From the NCBI GenBank assembly GCA_004431415.1, contig QPMI01000451.1, forward strand, positions 62,001 to 126,000: a stretch of DNA of 64,000 nucleotides, in the 5' to 3' direction. This document shows, piece after piece, positions 49,414 to 60,900 of the stretch (position 1 is the stretch's first letter; the number at the start of each line of letters is the position of its first letter). The stretch is from Cyanophora paradoxa CCMP329 (lineage: Eukaryota > Plantae > Glaucophyta). A program made the translations under genes and the position numbers. The notes under the pieces were generated by a model. That model saw only the letters and a program-made list of their open reading frames with translations. It did not search any database and was not told the origin of the DNA.

Positions 49414-52400
49414 ATGCCGCTGTGGTGCGCAGCTTCGCTAAGCTTTATCCGGCCGCTTGCTTCAAGGCTTGGGCCGCGCCCCTTGCATCCGGCCGCACCG
49501 GCCGGCGGCAGTTACGCGCTGCAGATAACGCTTGCGCAGCTCGGGGAGCTGCGTGCAGAAGCGCAAGGCCGCCGGAGACATCGCAGCCGCCATACCGGAA
49601 GGTACGCATCCGCATCTGGTGTCCGGCGGTCAAACCGCCGTGCGCCTGCGCCGCGGCGGCGGGCCCCACGCGGTGGCCGGCACCGTTGTAGCGACAAGCA
49701 GTTCGTTGCCAGGCCCTTAGCGCGGCCTCAGCAGCGGCAGCAACCTCCGTCGCGGGACTCAATTCGAACGTTGGACAGACGGAGCCTCGGAGGCGCGCTG
49801 GGCCTTGACGGCCTCCCGCAGAGCTGCACACCGCGGCAGCGCTTCCTAGCATGGAAAGCACGATAAGTAGTGCATAACGCCCGCTGGGCTGGGGGCCGCG
49901 TCCGCTAGGCGGCTGGGAGCCCAGTGGGAGGCCGTCCCTCGGGGCAGACTCGCCGCGGCGCGCGCTGACGGGCCGGCGCGTAGAGGAGCTGGTGGTGGAA
50001 GAGTACGTGAAAGGGGTCAGCAAGAGCGCGTGCACGTATGAGGAGTTCAGCTGGGGCCACGGGTGCCGGACGGTGCACGTGTGCGGGAGCTTCACGACGA
50101 ACGCGTGGAAGGAGCGCGTGCAGTTGTTGCGCGACGAGAGCTCCCCGGGCACCCTTTTCCGCCGCACCATCCTCCTGCCCCCCGGGTGCGCACCCCCGCC
50201 CCGCCTCCGCCCCCGGCGCGCGGCGGCGCCGAGCCCGGGCGCGAGGCAGCGAACACCAGTTCAAATTCGTTGTCCTCAACGCGAACGGGCGCGAGGTCCG
50301 TGCGGGGGCGCCCTGGGGGGTCGCCGCCCGCCCAGCGTGGCCCTCACCGCCCCCGCCAGGAGTGGCTCCTCGACGACAAGCTCCCCAAGGCGCGCCCGGC
50401 GCAGCGAGCCCCGCCGGCGCCGGGGCGAGCCGCTGAGGCGGCGCAGGTGAACGACGGGCGCGGCAACTGGAACAACCTCGTCTCGGTCCCGGAGAAGGGG
50501 CTCTGGGACCGCCTCACCGCCTTCCTCTTCCCCCCGACGCCCCCGGCCCCGCCCCGGCCCCGCGACCTCCCCTCCCTGCCGGCCCCCGGCGCCGGCCTGC
50601 CCCCGGCGCGCCCCAGCCCGCCCCCGCCCGAGCAGGAGGCCCCGCTACCCGGTGCGCGCCGCCACGCATCGCGTGGCGGCGCGGGGCGTGACGGGGCGCA
50701 GGGGCGCTGGGGGCGGCGCGGGGCAAGCGGGACGGGCGGGTGCGGTTCCGGCGGAGCCCGGGGAAGGCGTCGCCGCTGGGGGCGCGGGTGCGGCGGACGG
50801 GGGAGGGGGCGGTGTCGGCGAACTTCGCGGTGCACACGGACGGGCGGGTGACGGCCCTCTCCGTGCTCCTCTGGGTCGAGCAGGAGCCCGACGTCAGCGA
50901 CGACCCCCTCTACGACGGCTCCCCCTTCCTCCTCCTCCCCCTCGACTCCCCCCTCGCCCCCGCGTCGCCCCGCAACGCCCCCGGCTGGCTCTCCCACTCC
51001 GTCGCCTCCCTGCTCGCCGGCCTCGCCGGGGGCGACCCCAGCGTGCCCGACCACGTGCTCGAGCTCGACCGGCGGGCGAACCGCACGGCGGAGCAGGGCG
51101 GGGAGGGCTTCGTGTGGCACGTCGAGGTCGCCGACCTCCCGCTCAGCGACGGCGAGTGCCTCCTCTACGCCCTCCTCCCCTCCACCAGCCCCGTCCCCGT
51201 CATCGACCCCTACGCCCGCCTCCTCGACACCCCGAGGCCCGCCCCGCCCCGCCCCGCCCCCCCCCCGCCCCGCGCCGTGGGGCGGGGGCGGGGGCTGAGG
51301 GCGGGGGCAGCTTCACGGGGTGGGGCCGGGGCCTGGGCGAGCTGGTGCGGTGCGTGCCGGAGCCCGTGGAGGCGCACTTCGACTGGCAGGGGGTCGCGCC
51401 CCCCAACATCCCCTTCTCCGACCTCGTCATCTACGAGGCGCCCCCGCCCCCGCCCCGGGGGGCCCCCGCCGGCTGACGCCCCGCAGATGCACGTCGCGGG
51501 GTTCACGGCGCACCCGAGCAGCGGCACGCGGGCGCCGCGGGGCACCTTCCGCGCAATGATCGAGCGGATCCCGCACTTGGTCGAGGTGCGCCGGCAGCGG
51601 CGTTTGGTCGGAAGGGCGGCGCGGGGGGCGGGGCCGAGTGCGGGGGCAGCTGGGGGTGAACTGCGTGGAGCTGATGCCGGTCTTCGAGTGGGACGAGCGG
51701 GAGCACGTCAAGCGGCACCCCGCCACGCAGCGCCCCCTCCACAACTACTGGTCCCCGCGCCCCCGCGCGCCCCGCCCGCCCCCGGGGCGCCGAGGCGGGG
51801 GCGCAGGGGCTACTCGCACGTGTCGTTCATGGCGGGGATGGGGCGGTTCGCGGGGCGGCGGCTGGCGGCGCTGCGGGAGGCGAAGACGCTGGTGCGGGAG
51901 CTGCACCGCGCCGGCATCGAGGTCATCCTCGACGTCGTGCGCCCCGCCCCGCCCCGACCCGCCCCGCCCCGCCCCTCCCTTCGCTCGAGCGGGGGCGGGG
52001 CCGGCAGGTCTACAACCACACCGGCGGCACCGCCTTCGAGGCCCTCGCCCGCGACGTCCGGCCCCGCCCCCGCCCCCGTCCTCCCCCAGCCGCCGCCCCC
52101 GGCGCTCACCACGCCGGCGCGCAGCACTACTACATTCTCTCGGGCGCGCAGCATCACCACACGAACTACACGGGGTGCGGGAACACGGTCAACGCGAGCC
52201 ACCCAGCGACCCTCGAGCTCATCCTCGAGAGCCTCCGGTGCGCCCGGCGCCGCGGGGCGCCCCGCCCGCGGCCGCGGCGGCCCGTGACGGCGCGCGGCAG
52301 CTTCTGGGCGGAGGAGGTCCAGGTCGACGGCTTCCGGTGCCCCCTGGCGCCCCCGCGCAGCGCCCCGCGGCCCCTGACGGGCGCAGGTTCGACCTCGCCC

Positions 52401-53994
52401 CCGTGCTCGCCCGCGGGGCCGACGGGAAGCACCAGCACCAGCCCGTGGTCGGCCCGCCCCCCGCCCGCCCGCGCAGCGCCCCGCGGGGGCTCACGGGCCC
52501 GGGGGTCGCCTGCGGCAGTTCTGGCGGCGGGTGCACGAGATGTTCACGCAGCGGCCGCAGCTGCGCGGCAAGAAGCTGATCGTGGAGACGTGGGAGCTGG
52601 ACTCGAGCCGCATGGGCTGCTTCTGGTTCGGGGGCGCCATCCACGAGTGGAACGGGCGCTTCAAGGAGAGCGTGCGGGCCTTCGTGCGGGGCGCCGCCTC
52701 CAACGAGGACTTCGCCACGCGCCTCGCCGGCTCCGCCGACTACTACCAGGGCAAGCACAAGGGCGTCCCCGCCGAGGCCCGCGACGCCCCCGAGTTCTCC
52801 ATCAACTTCGTGGTCGGATCCATCCCCGCCGCCTCCCTCTCGAGGGCGGCACGTGACGGCGGCCGCCGGGCGCAGACGTGCCACGACGGCTTCACCATGC
52901 GCGACCTGGTCTCGTACGCGGTGAAGCACAACGAGGGGAACGGGGAGGCGAACCGCGACGGGGCGAACGACAACCAGAGCTGGAACTGCGGGGTGGAGGG
53001 ACCGAGCAAGGACCCCGCGGTGGGGGCGCTGCGGGGGCGCCAGATGAAGAACTTTGCGGTGGCGCTCCTCGTCGCCCGCGGCGTCCCCATGCTCCTCTCC
53101 GGCGACGAGTCCGCCCGCCCCCCGCCCCCGCCGGGCCCGCAGCGCTCGGCGCGAGGCGGGGCGGGGCAGGTACGGGCACAGCAAGGGGGGGAACAACAAC
53201 ACGTGGAACCAGGACAACGAGCTGAACTGGTTCGACTGGGGCGCCCTCGCCGAGCAGCGCGGCTCCGAGTGCGACCTCTTCCGCTTCTGGTCCCGCATGA
53301 TCGCCCTCCGCCGCGTGCCCCCGCCCCGCCCCGCCCGGCCCCCGCCATGCCCCCGCCCCCGCCGAGGCCGGTGCGCTGGCCGCAGGGGCACCCGGCGCTG
53401 AGGAGGAACGCGTTCTTCGGGGGCCCCGGGTTCGCGTGGCACGCGGCGGACGGCTCGCACTCGCCCTTCGGCGGGGAGAGCCGCTTCCTGGCCTTCTCGC
53501 TGCACGAGCCCGAGACGCGCGCCGCCCTCTACGTCGCCTTCAACTCCTCCGCCGCCCCCGCCCCCGCCGCCCCCCCCCCCCGCCTCTCCACCGCCGCCGG
53601 GCAGCCGGCGGCGCTGGGCCCCTGGCGGCGCCTCGCTGACACGGCCCTCCGCTCCCCCGACGACTTCGCCGGTGCGAGCGCGCCCCGCCCCCGCCCCGCC
53701 CCCGTCCCCGGCCGCCCACGCGCCGCGCAGCCGACGAGGCGCACGCGCCGCCGCTCCCCGCGGGGCCCTACGCCATGGCGCCCCACAGCGCCATAATCCT
53801 AGTCGCCTTCGTGCGCCCCGCCCCTCCGCCCCGCCCGCCCCGCTCACGGCGCGCAGGAGGAGGGGGCGGCCCCGGGGGCGGCGGGGGGGGCAGCGCTGCC
53901 GCACGCGCACTCGGCGAAGGAGGCCGCCTCGCCGCGCCTCAACGGCGGTGAGCCGCACAGGAGCCCCCCGCCTCGCCAGTTCAGCGCTTTCTGA
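49414..53994 (+). CDS. Isoamylase/GlgX-type GH13 debranching enzyme with extra N-terminal AMPK-beta-like CBM48; start uncertain (49414 or 49851)
   Basis: IYE|MHV, GVNCVELMPVFE, NYW|GY, GIEVILDVV|YNHT, NYTGCGNT, VDGFR|FDLA, IVETW, TCHDGFT and KHNEGNGEANRDG...SWNCG; all three catalytic acidic residues present. Confidence 0.93.
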
Positions 53995-54344
53995 GCGGCC
54001 CCGCCCCACGGAGATCGCACGCGCCGCAGTGCCGTTCCCGTGTAGCTCGCAAGCGCAAGCGGCGCATTGCAGTCTCTGCTTATGTCAGCCAGGGTGCTCA
54101 GCGGCGCCAGCAGCAATCGCACGATGTGATGAAGCACGAACACGGCAAACAGTGACAAAAACTAAGAGCGTCGATTAGGTTCATACCTCCATAAGCTGGT
54201 CGAGGAGAAGCAAGTAAAGGGGCCTATAGCTACCTACTAGACTACTGGCACTAATTTGCCCGTTCGATGGCCGAACTGCGGGTGCACTGGCCGGGAGCAT
54301 AAGAGGGCGCCCCGTGTGAGGGGCCGCGGGTGCGGGGCTCGGGG

Positions 54345-55777
54345 TCAGGGTCGGGCGAGGGCGAAGGGGAGGAGGAGGGCGAGGGCGGCGGCGGCGAGGG
54401 CGGCGAGGGGCGCTGCGCGCGGGGCGAAGGCGGCGCTGGGCGTATTGAAGCACGACTCGATGCGGAAGGAGAGGGCCGAGAAGATGGGGAGCCCGAAGGT
54501 CCCCACGGCGTCTGCCGCCCCGTCACCACCGCCCCGCGCCGCGCGGGCGGGGCCAGCGGGGCGGCGCACGCTGGAACTTGGCGAACTCGGAGGAGCGGAT
54601 GCAGGTTCCCGGCTGCGCGTAGTCGAACGGCACCGCGGGGCCCGTGCAGTTCGGCGACGTCGGGAAGAGCTCCGCTGCCGCCCCGCCCCGCCCCGTCGCG
54701 CCCCGCCGCCGCCGCGCCCGCGGGGCGGGGCGGGGGCGGACCCTTGATGCGCTGCGTGGCGGCCATGTCGCAGCTGACGCGCAGCGAGCGGACGGCGCCG
54801 CCGGCCGTGAGGGTCGTGCAGCTGCCGGCCATCAGCGCGGGCGCCTCGCGGGGGCGCCGGCGGGGGCCGGACCTCTTGGAGAAGGCGCTGTAGGGGGTCG
54901 GCTGGCCCGAGCACTGTGCCGCCCCGGGGTGAGCGGCGGGGCGCGGCGCGCGCGGGGGCGGCGGTGCGGCCCACCGAGCTGTCGTTCTTGGTGTAGAGCG
55001 TCACCTCATACTCCAGCGTCTGCCCCCGCCGCCCGTCAGCGGGGCGCCGGGGGCGGGGGGGGCGGGGGGGGGCGCCTGGGTGCCGGGCGGGTAGCAGGTG
55101 GCGGCCTTGCCGCGGCCCGGGTTCCAGCACGTCGGCGTCGGCGTCGGCGTCCCGCCGCCGCCCCGGCGTCGCCCCCAGCGGCGCCCCCGGCGGCGCCCCC
55201 GGCGGCCGGCAGGGGTGTCGGCTTGGGGCAGCCGGCGGTGTCGATCTTGATGAACCACTGGCCGAACTTGATGCAGTTAAGCATCGGTGGCAAAGCGAGG
55301 CTGCGGGGCGGCTCAGGGCGAAGCGGGGCGGCGGGGCGGGGTGGGCGGACGACAGGGAGGAGATGCCGCTGAGTGAGGTGGGGATGGTGCACGTGTCGTC
55401 CGTGTGCGGCTTGAGCACGATTTCCTTCGTGTCGCTCAGGCACTGCGCCGTCCCCACCACCTGCGGGCTCACCCGGAAGCACCTGCGCCGCCCCGCTGAG
55501 CTTCCCCGGGCCTGCTGCAGTCACCCCCGCGCACAGGCGCACCCGCCGTCAGGACCGGTGACGACGATGGGCTCGCTGAGGTTCCCGACGGGCGTGGTGC
55601 ACTCGTTCGTCGTGTACTGGCCCGTGATCGTAAAGGTCAGGTTCTGCGCCTGCGCGCCGCCGGCTGCGATGGCCAGCAACGCCACGGCCAGCCCTGCGGT
55701 GCGCGACGAAGATAAGCGAGCGTATGTGCATGAGATGAGCTGTTCGTCTTGGGACGCTTGCCTATCCTTAGGAGCAT
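54345..55777 (-). CDS. Secreted, possibly GPI-anchored Cys/Thr-rich orphan protein, multi-exon
   Basis: MLLRI|GLAVALLAIAAGGAQAQ signal peptide, Cys-spaced ectodomain and hydrophobic tail [21 protein letters not shown]. Confidence 0.65.
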
Positions 55778-56127
55778 TTTTGGGACCGCCTCCTGCGGAG
55801 CCCCGAGGCGCCGCCCAAACTGCTCCGCCGCCTGCGAAGCGTTTGTGATATACTTCACATCCTACGGTCTGGCGCTCCGCCTAGGCACCAGCGGCTCACC
55901 ATAGAGATGATCAGGGGATTGGGTCTGAACCGGCCAGCGGGAGGCGAGTGTCAATTGTTCAATTTTCCGTTCCCGCTTTGTTTGCCGATGATAGCCTGCC
56001 ACCGGTACCGCAGTCGTTGCCGCGAACCGCTCCCCCAATCGAGCCCGATAAGTGTCCCCCCCCCCCCCCCCCCCCCCAACTCCCTCAGCGCGGCCTGGTT
56101 CGGCCTTAGCCTGGAGGCCGCAAAGCG

Positions 56128-57522
56128 ATGGCGCCGAAGCAAACAGGCAGCTCCAAAGATGAGGGAAAGGGCCCGCGCTGGCTCTCCAGCAATCCGAGCA
56201 AGCGTTTTGGCGAGCTCTTCGTCCTGGCGTACACGCCACTCTGGATTGGCGCGGTCGCCGTGCTTGTCGCGTCGCGCCAATACGAGGCGCGCGCAGCACC
56301 CAGCTTGCCGCGGGCGGGCCCCGTTTCGGTCTGGCGCGGTCTGACGCGCGCCGCAGAACTTCAAGGAGTTCGAGTACTTCGTCTTCGGTTTCGCGCTGAT
56401 GGTTCCGTGCTTCATCGGGCCGGTCATTTTTGCAAATCAGGCCGAGCGCTCCATCCCGCTCCTCAAGCGCTACTCCACCAAGGTCATCGGCGCCCAGTTC
56501 ACGGCGCAGCGCTTCCGCTGACCCCGCGTGCAGTCGAATGTGTGGATCTTCATCATGAGCTGGATCGGTGCGGCCCGCTGCGTGCGCGCGGCGCGCGCGC
56601 GGGTGACCGACCCGCAGGAAACTACTTCTGGACGCACTACTTCTACAACCTGCTCGGCGCCAAGTACACGTTCCCCTCGTACCGCATCAACGACGTCCGC
56701 CCGCCCGCCGGCCGGCCGCCCGCGCGCCGCGAGCCGCGGGGCGACGCGAGCGGGCCGGGGACAGGTGCCGCTGGTGTGCATCTGGCTCACACACGCGTAC
56801 TTCCAAACGTACCACGTCTTCACGAACATGGCCCTACGGCGCGGCGGCCCCGCCGCTGCGAGGCGAGCGGGCGGGGCTGACGGGGCGCAGGCGGTGGTAC
56901 ACGTCGGGGGCGTACCGGGCGGTGCCGGGGCTGGTGGCGACGGCGGGGACGTGGGTGCTGGTGGGGGCGATGGCGTACTTCACGGCCTTCATGGAGACGT
57001 GGACCATCTCCGAGTTCCCCTACTACTCCTTCGTCAACCGCGACCTCATGTACAAGGCCCGCCCCGCCCCCCGCCCCCCGCCCCTGCCCCGCCCCGCGGC
57101 GCCGGCGCGAGGCGCCTCTCGCAGGTCGGTTCGGCCTTCTACGCCATCTACTTCATCGTCTCCTTCCCCATGTTCATCCGGTGCGCCCCCGGCCCCCTCC
57201 CCGACCCTGTTCGCCGGCCTCCGCGAGCGGGGCGCAGGCTCGACGAGCGGCCGGGCGAGTGCTGGACTATCTCGCAGACGGCGATCGACTCCTTCGCCTG
57301 GTGCGCGGCGCGTGGGCGGCAGGCGGGGGCGGTGTGGGGAGGCGGGGGCGGGGCCGACGGGGCCGGCCGCAGCTGCATGATCGTGACCTGCATCCTCGAC
57401 GCCTGGCGCCTCGTCGTCGGCGGCATCGTCCCCTCCGTGCCGCCCCCGCACCCCGCTCCGGCCCCCGAGCCCTTCTCACCCCCCCGCAGGCTAGGATCAA
57501 GCACTGCCTTCCCTTCGTCTAG
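56128..57522 (+). CDS. CPI1: Cycloeucalenol cycloisomerase (cyclopropyl sterol isomerase), 10 exons
   Basis: NPSKRFGELFVLAYTPLWI, NVWIFIMSWI|GNYFWTHYF, THAYF, YFTAFMET and GSAFYAIYFIVSFPMF. Confidence 0.95.
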
Positions 57523-57999
57523 CACTGCAGCCCTCGCGCGCGCTCGCGTCGATGTCGATCGATATCGATATCGCGACGTCCGCGCGCCAGCCAATCGAAA
57601 GGCTCGAGTAGGAAACCTTGAGCTCGCTTCCGCTTCGATCACCGTGGCACTTGAACAGCCAGGCATGCGCGCGAAGCAACTGGCAATGCTAAGCTAGATC
57701 ATGAGCTGCATGGGTCAATCCCCCGCCCGGGCACATGCAACGAATCGCTCAAAGAATTTGGGTCATGTGCGATGCTTGCAATTGCATCTGCATGTGATCG
57801 CTCAGAATTTGATTTGCCTCTACCCGTTCCGTACTTCTCCCCCGACACGAAAGTTTGCCGCAGCGTGGTCCTCCCACACCTCTGTGATTGTTTCAGCGTT
57901 CAGCGTACCACTTTTGCCGCTTTGCGGGCTAGCTCGCTTGTTCCCGGAATAGTACCGGGATGGGTCGGCCGTGATTCGGGCTGCAAGCTGCCGCACAGC

Positions 58000-60900
58000 A
58001 TGAGACCAGCTCAAAAAATTGTGCTGGTTGCGCTGGCGCTGCTCGCCTTGCGCGCGGCGGCCTACCCGGTGCCGATTGTGACCTTCGGGTCCACCGGCAA
58101 CGCGCTGTACGAGGGCGAACGTGCGTGAAGCTTAGCTGCCGCCCAGCGCGAGCATATCCACTCCCTGAGCCCCGCTGCGCGCAGCTGTGACCATCGACGC
58201 CTCGCGCTCGTTCGACGACGCCGGCGGATCGCTGCTCTTCACGTACGACTTCGGCGATGGGACGAGGAAAGGGCCGACGAGCGAGAGCACGTGCGCTGGC
58301 CGCTCGCTCCCCGCCGCCCGTGCCGAGCCTGGGCGACGGGGCCGGCAGCGCGGTGCACACGTACAAGCGGGCCGGGGCGTACGAGCTGCAGGTGGCTGTG
58401 AGCGACCGGGCGGGGGGCGGGCTGCTTTCGGGGGACGGGCGGCCGGCGCCTGTGGCGCGCCTCGCGGTGGTGGTCGACCCGCACGTCGACGGCGGTGCGC
58501 GGGGCCGCCGGGCGGGGGGCGCCGCCGGAGCCGACGCGCCGCAGGCTGCTACGATTTCTACCTGACGGCCGACCTCGCCGCCGAGCCCCAGCGCGGCGCC
58601 CCCGTCCTCCTCCCCGCCGCCCGCACCTCCACCCTCTACCTCCAGGCCCGCCCGGCGCCCCGCCGCTCCCGCCGCGCCCCTCCCGCTTGACTCGGCGCAG
58701 GTGGTGGACTGGCGGGAGCCCGGGCGGGCGGCGCGGGAGCGGCTGACGCGGCTCTTCGACCTCGGGGGCGAGCGGCCGAGCGTCGCCCTCTCCAACCACT
58801 CCCTCGCCGTCGTCGCCCAGCCGGGCCTCAACGTCGTCCGCCCGCCCCCCGCACCCGTCCCCGCCGGGGCGCGTGCCGACGCGGGGCAGGAGGAGGGTGC
58901 GGGGGCGTGGGTGGTGGAGGTGGCGGCGGGGCCGGTGGTGGAGGACGTGGTGGCGAGCGTCGCCCCGCGCGGCGTCTCGCTCCTCGGCTGCCGCGTCCAG
59001 GCCACCCGCATCGTCCTCGCCGTCGACCGCCTCCCCCGCCCCTTCGAGACCGCCCTCGGCCCCGCCGTACGCCCCCCGGCCCGCCCCGGCCCCCGCCCGC
59101 CCCTCACCCCCCGCAGGAGTGGCGCTCCCTCGCGGAGGAGGCGCGCGCGGCGGCCGCGGGGGCGCGGGCGGCGGGCGGGCGCCGGAGGGGGCGCTGCGGG
59201 TGGAGCAGGACGCGTGCTCGCCGTCGGCGGCGGTGGCTCTGCTGCCGCTGGGCGCGGGCGCGGGGGCCGCGGCGGCGCTGGTGACGGCGGACGGCTTCGG
59301 GCGGCGCTCGCGGCTGGTGCGGCTGCGGCCCGGCGAGGCCGTCCACGAGGCGCGCCTCCTCGCCGGCCGCCTCCTCCTCCTCGCCGCCTCCGGCCTCTAC
59401 GCCTCCCAGGAGCCCGCCGCCGCCCCCGCCGACGCCCCCGTCGCCCTCACCGCGCTCGAGGGCCCCTGGGGCGGGGCGGCGCCAGCGAGCTTCGGGCCGG
59501 AGCGGGCGCGGGTGTTCGGGGCGACGGCGTGCCGGAGCCCCGTGCTAGAGGATCAGACAAGCTTCCTCTTTGCGGCGTGGACGCCCCCCGGGGCGCCGGC
59601 GGGCGCGCTGACGGCGCTGGCGTACGCGCCGGTGCTGCCGGCCGCGGGGAGCCCCGCGTGGAGCACGGTCTCCTTCCCCGCCTCCGTCGCCGCCCGCTTC
59701 CCCGCCGGCTACCGGTGCCCGCCCCGCCCCGGCCCCGCGCCGCCCGCGCAGGGGCGACGGGGCGCAGGGTGTGGGGCGCGGTGCGGCTGCGGGACCGGCG
59801 GGCGAACCTCTACCTCGTCGCCGACCAGGCCGGCCTGTCCGCCCTCGCCGTCACCCACACCCCTCCTCCCCGTCCGCCCCGCCCCCGCCCCCGCCCCCGC
59901 GCCCCCCGCGGGGAGCCCGACGGGGGGCTGGGCGCGCAGCGGACGACGGAGCGGTTCAGCGTGTTCGCGTTCCCCGCGGGGCGGGCGGTGACGCACCTCG
60001 CGCTCCACGCCGCCGGCTTCGTCGCCCTCGCCGCCGGCCCCGGCGGCCTCTGGCAGTCCTCCTCCGCCGCCGCCTTCCGCCCCGCCGGGCCCGTCGGCGC
60101 CCCCGTGCGCGCCCTCGTGTCGACCCCGGCGGCGCTGGGGTACGCGCTGCTGCTCGAGGGCGGGGCGGTGCTCTACGGGCGGGCGGGGTGTCCAGCGTGG
60201 CCCTGCTCCAGCGCGGCTTCGCGGAGAAGCTCGGGCGCCCCGGGGCGCGGCGGCTGCCCCGGGGGCCCTCGCCTTCGACGCCCTCGGCACCCTCCGCCTC
60301 CTCGAGCTCGACCTCGACGGTCCCCGCCCGCCCCGCCCGCACCCGCCCCGCACCCCGCCCCGCCCCGCCCCGACCCGCCCCGCGCAGCCTCCGAGCCCTG
60401 GGGGGCGGTGCGGAGCTGGCCCCTGCCGGTGGAGTCGCTGCTGCACACGCCGAGCGTCGCGGGGCGCGTCGCCCTCACCCCTCCTTCCTCTCCGGCTCCG
60501 TCCAGGCCGCCCGCCCCCGCCCCCCGCCCCGCCCGCGCGCCCCGGCGGCCTGACGCGGCGGCAGCTCTTCCCCGAGGGGGCCCTCTCCTCGCGCTACGCC
60601 GCTGCGGGGGCGGGGGCGGGGCGGGGGCCGCGACGGCTGCCTTCGGGGAGTCGGAGGCGGGGGCGCGGCTGGTGGGCGCGGGGGGCGCCTCGCTGCTGCT
60701 CACCGCCGTGGAGGCGGCCACGGGGGTCGCCACGGGGAGCGTCCAGGGGAGCCTCCCCTCGTGCCGCCCCGCCGAGTGCCCCGCCCTCCTCTCCCCGCTC
60801 CTCCCCGCGGCGACCTCGCCCGCCCCGGCGCCCTCGTCGCCCTCGCCCTCGCCAGCCCCGCCCCGGGCTGGCTCCCCTCCGACGTCGGTCCGCCCGCCCC

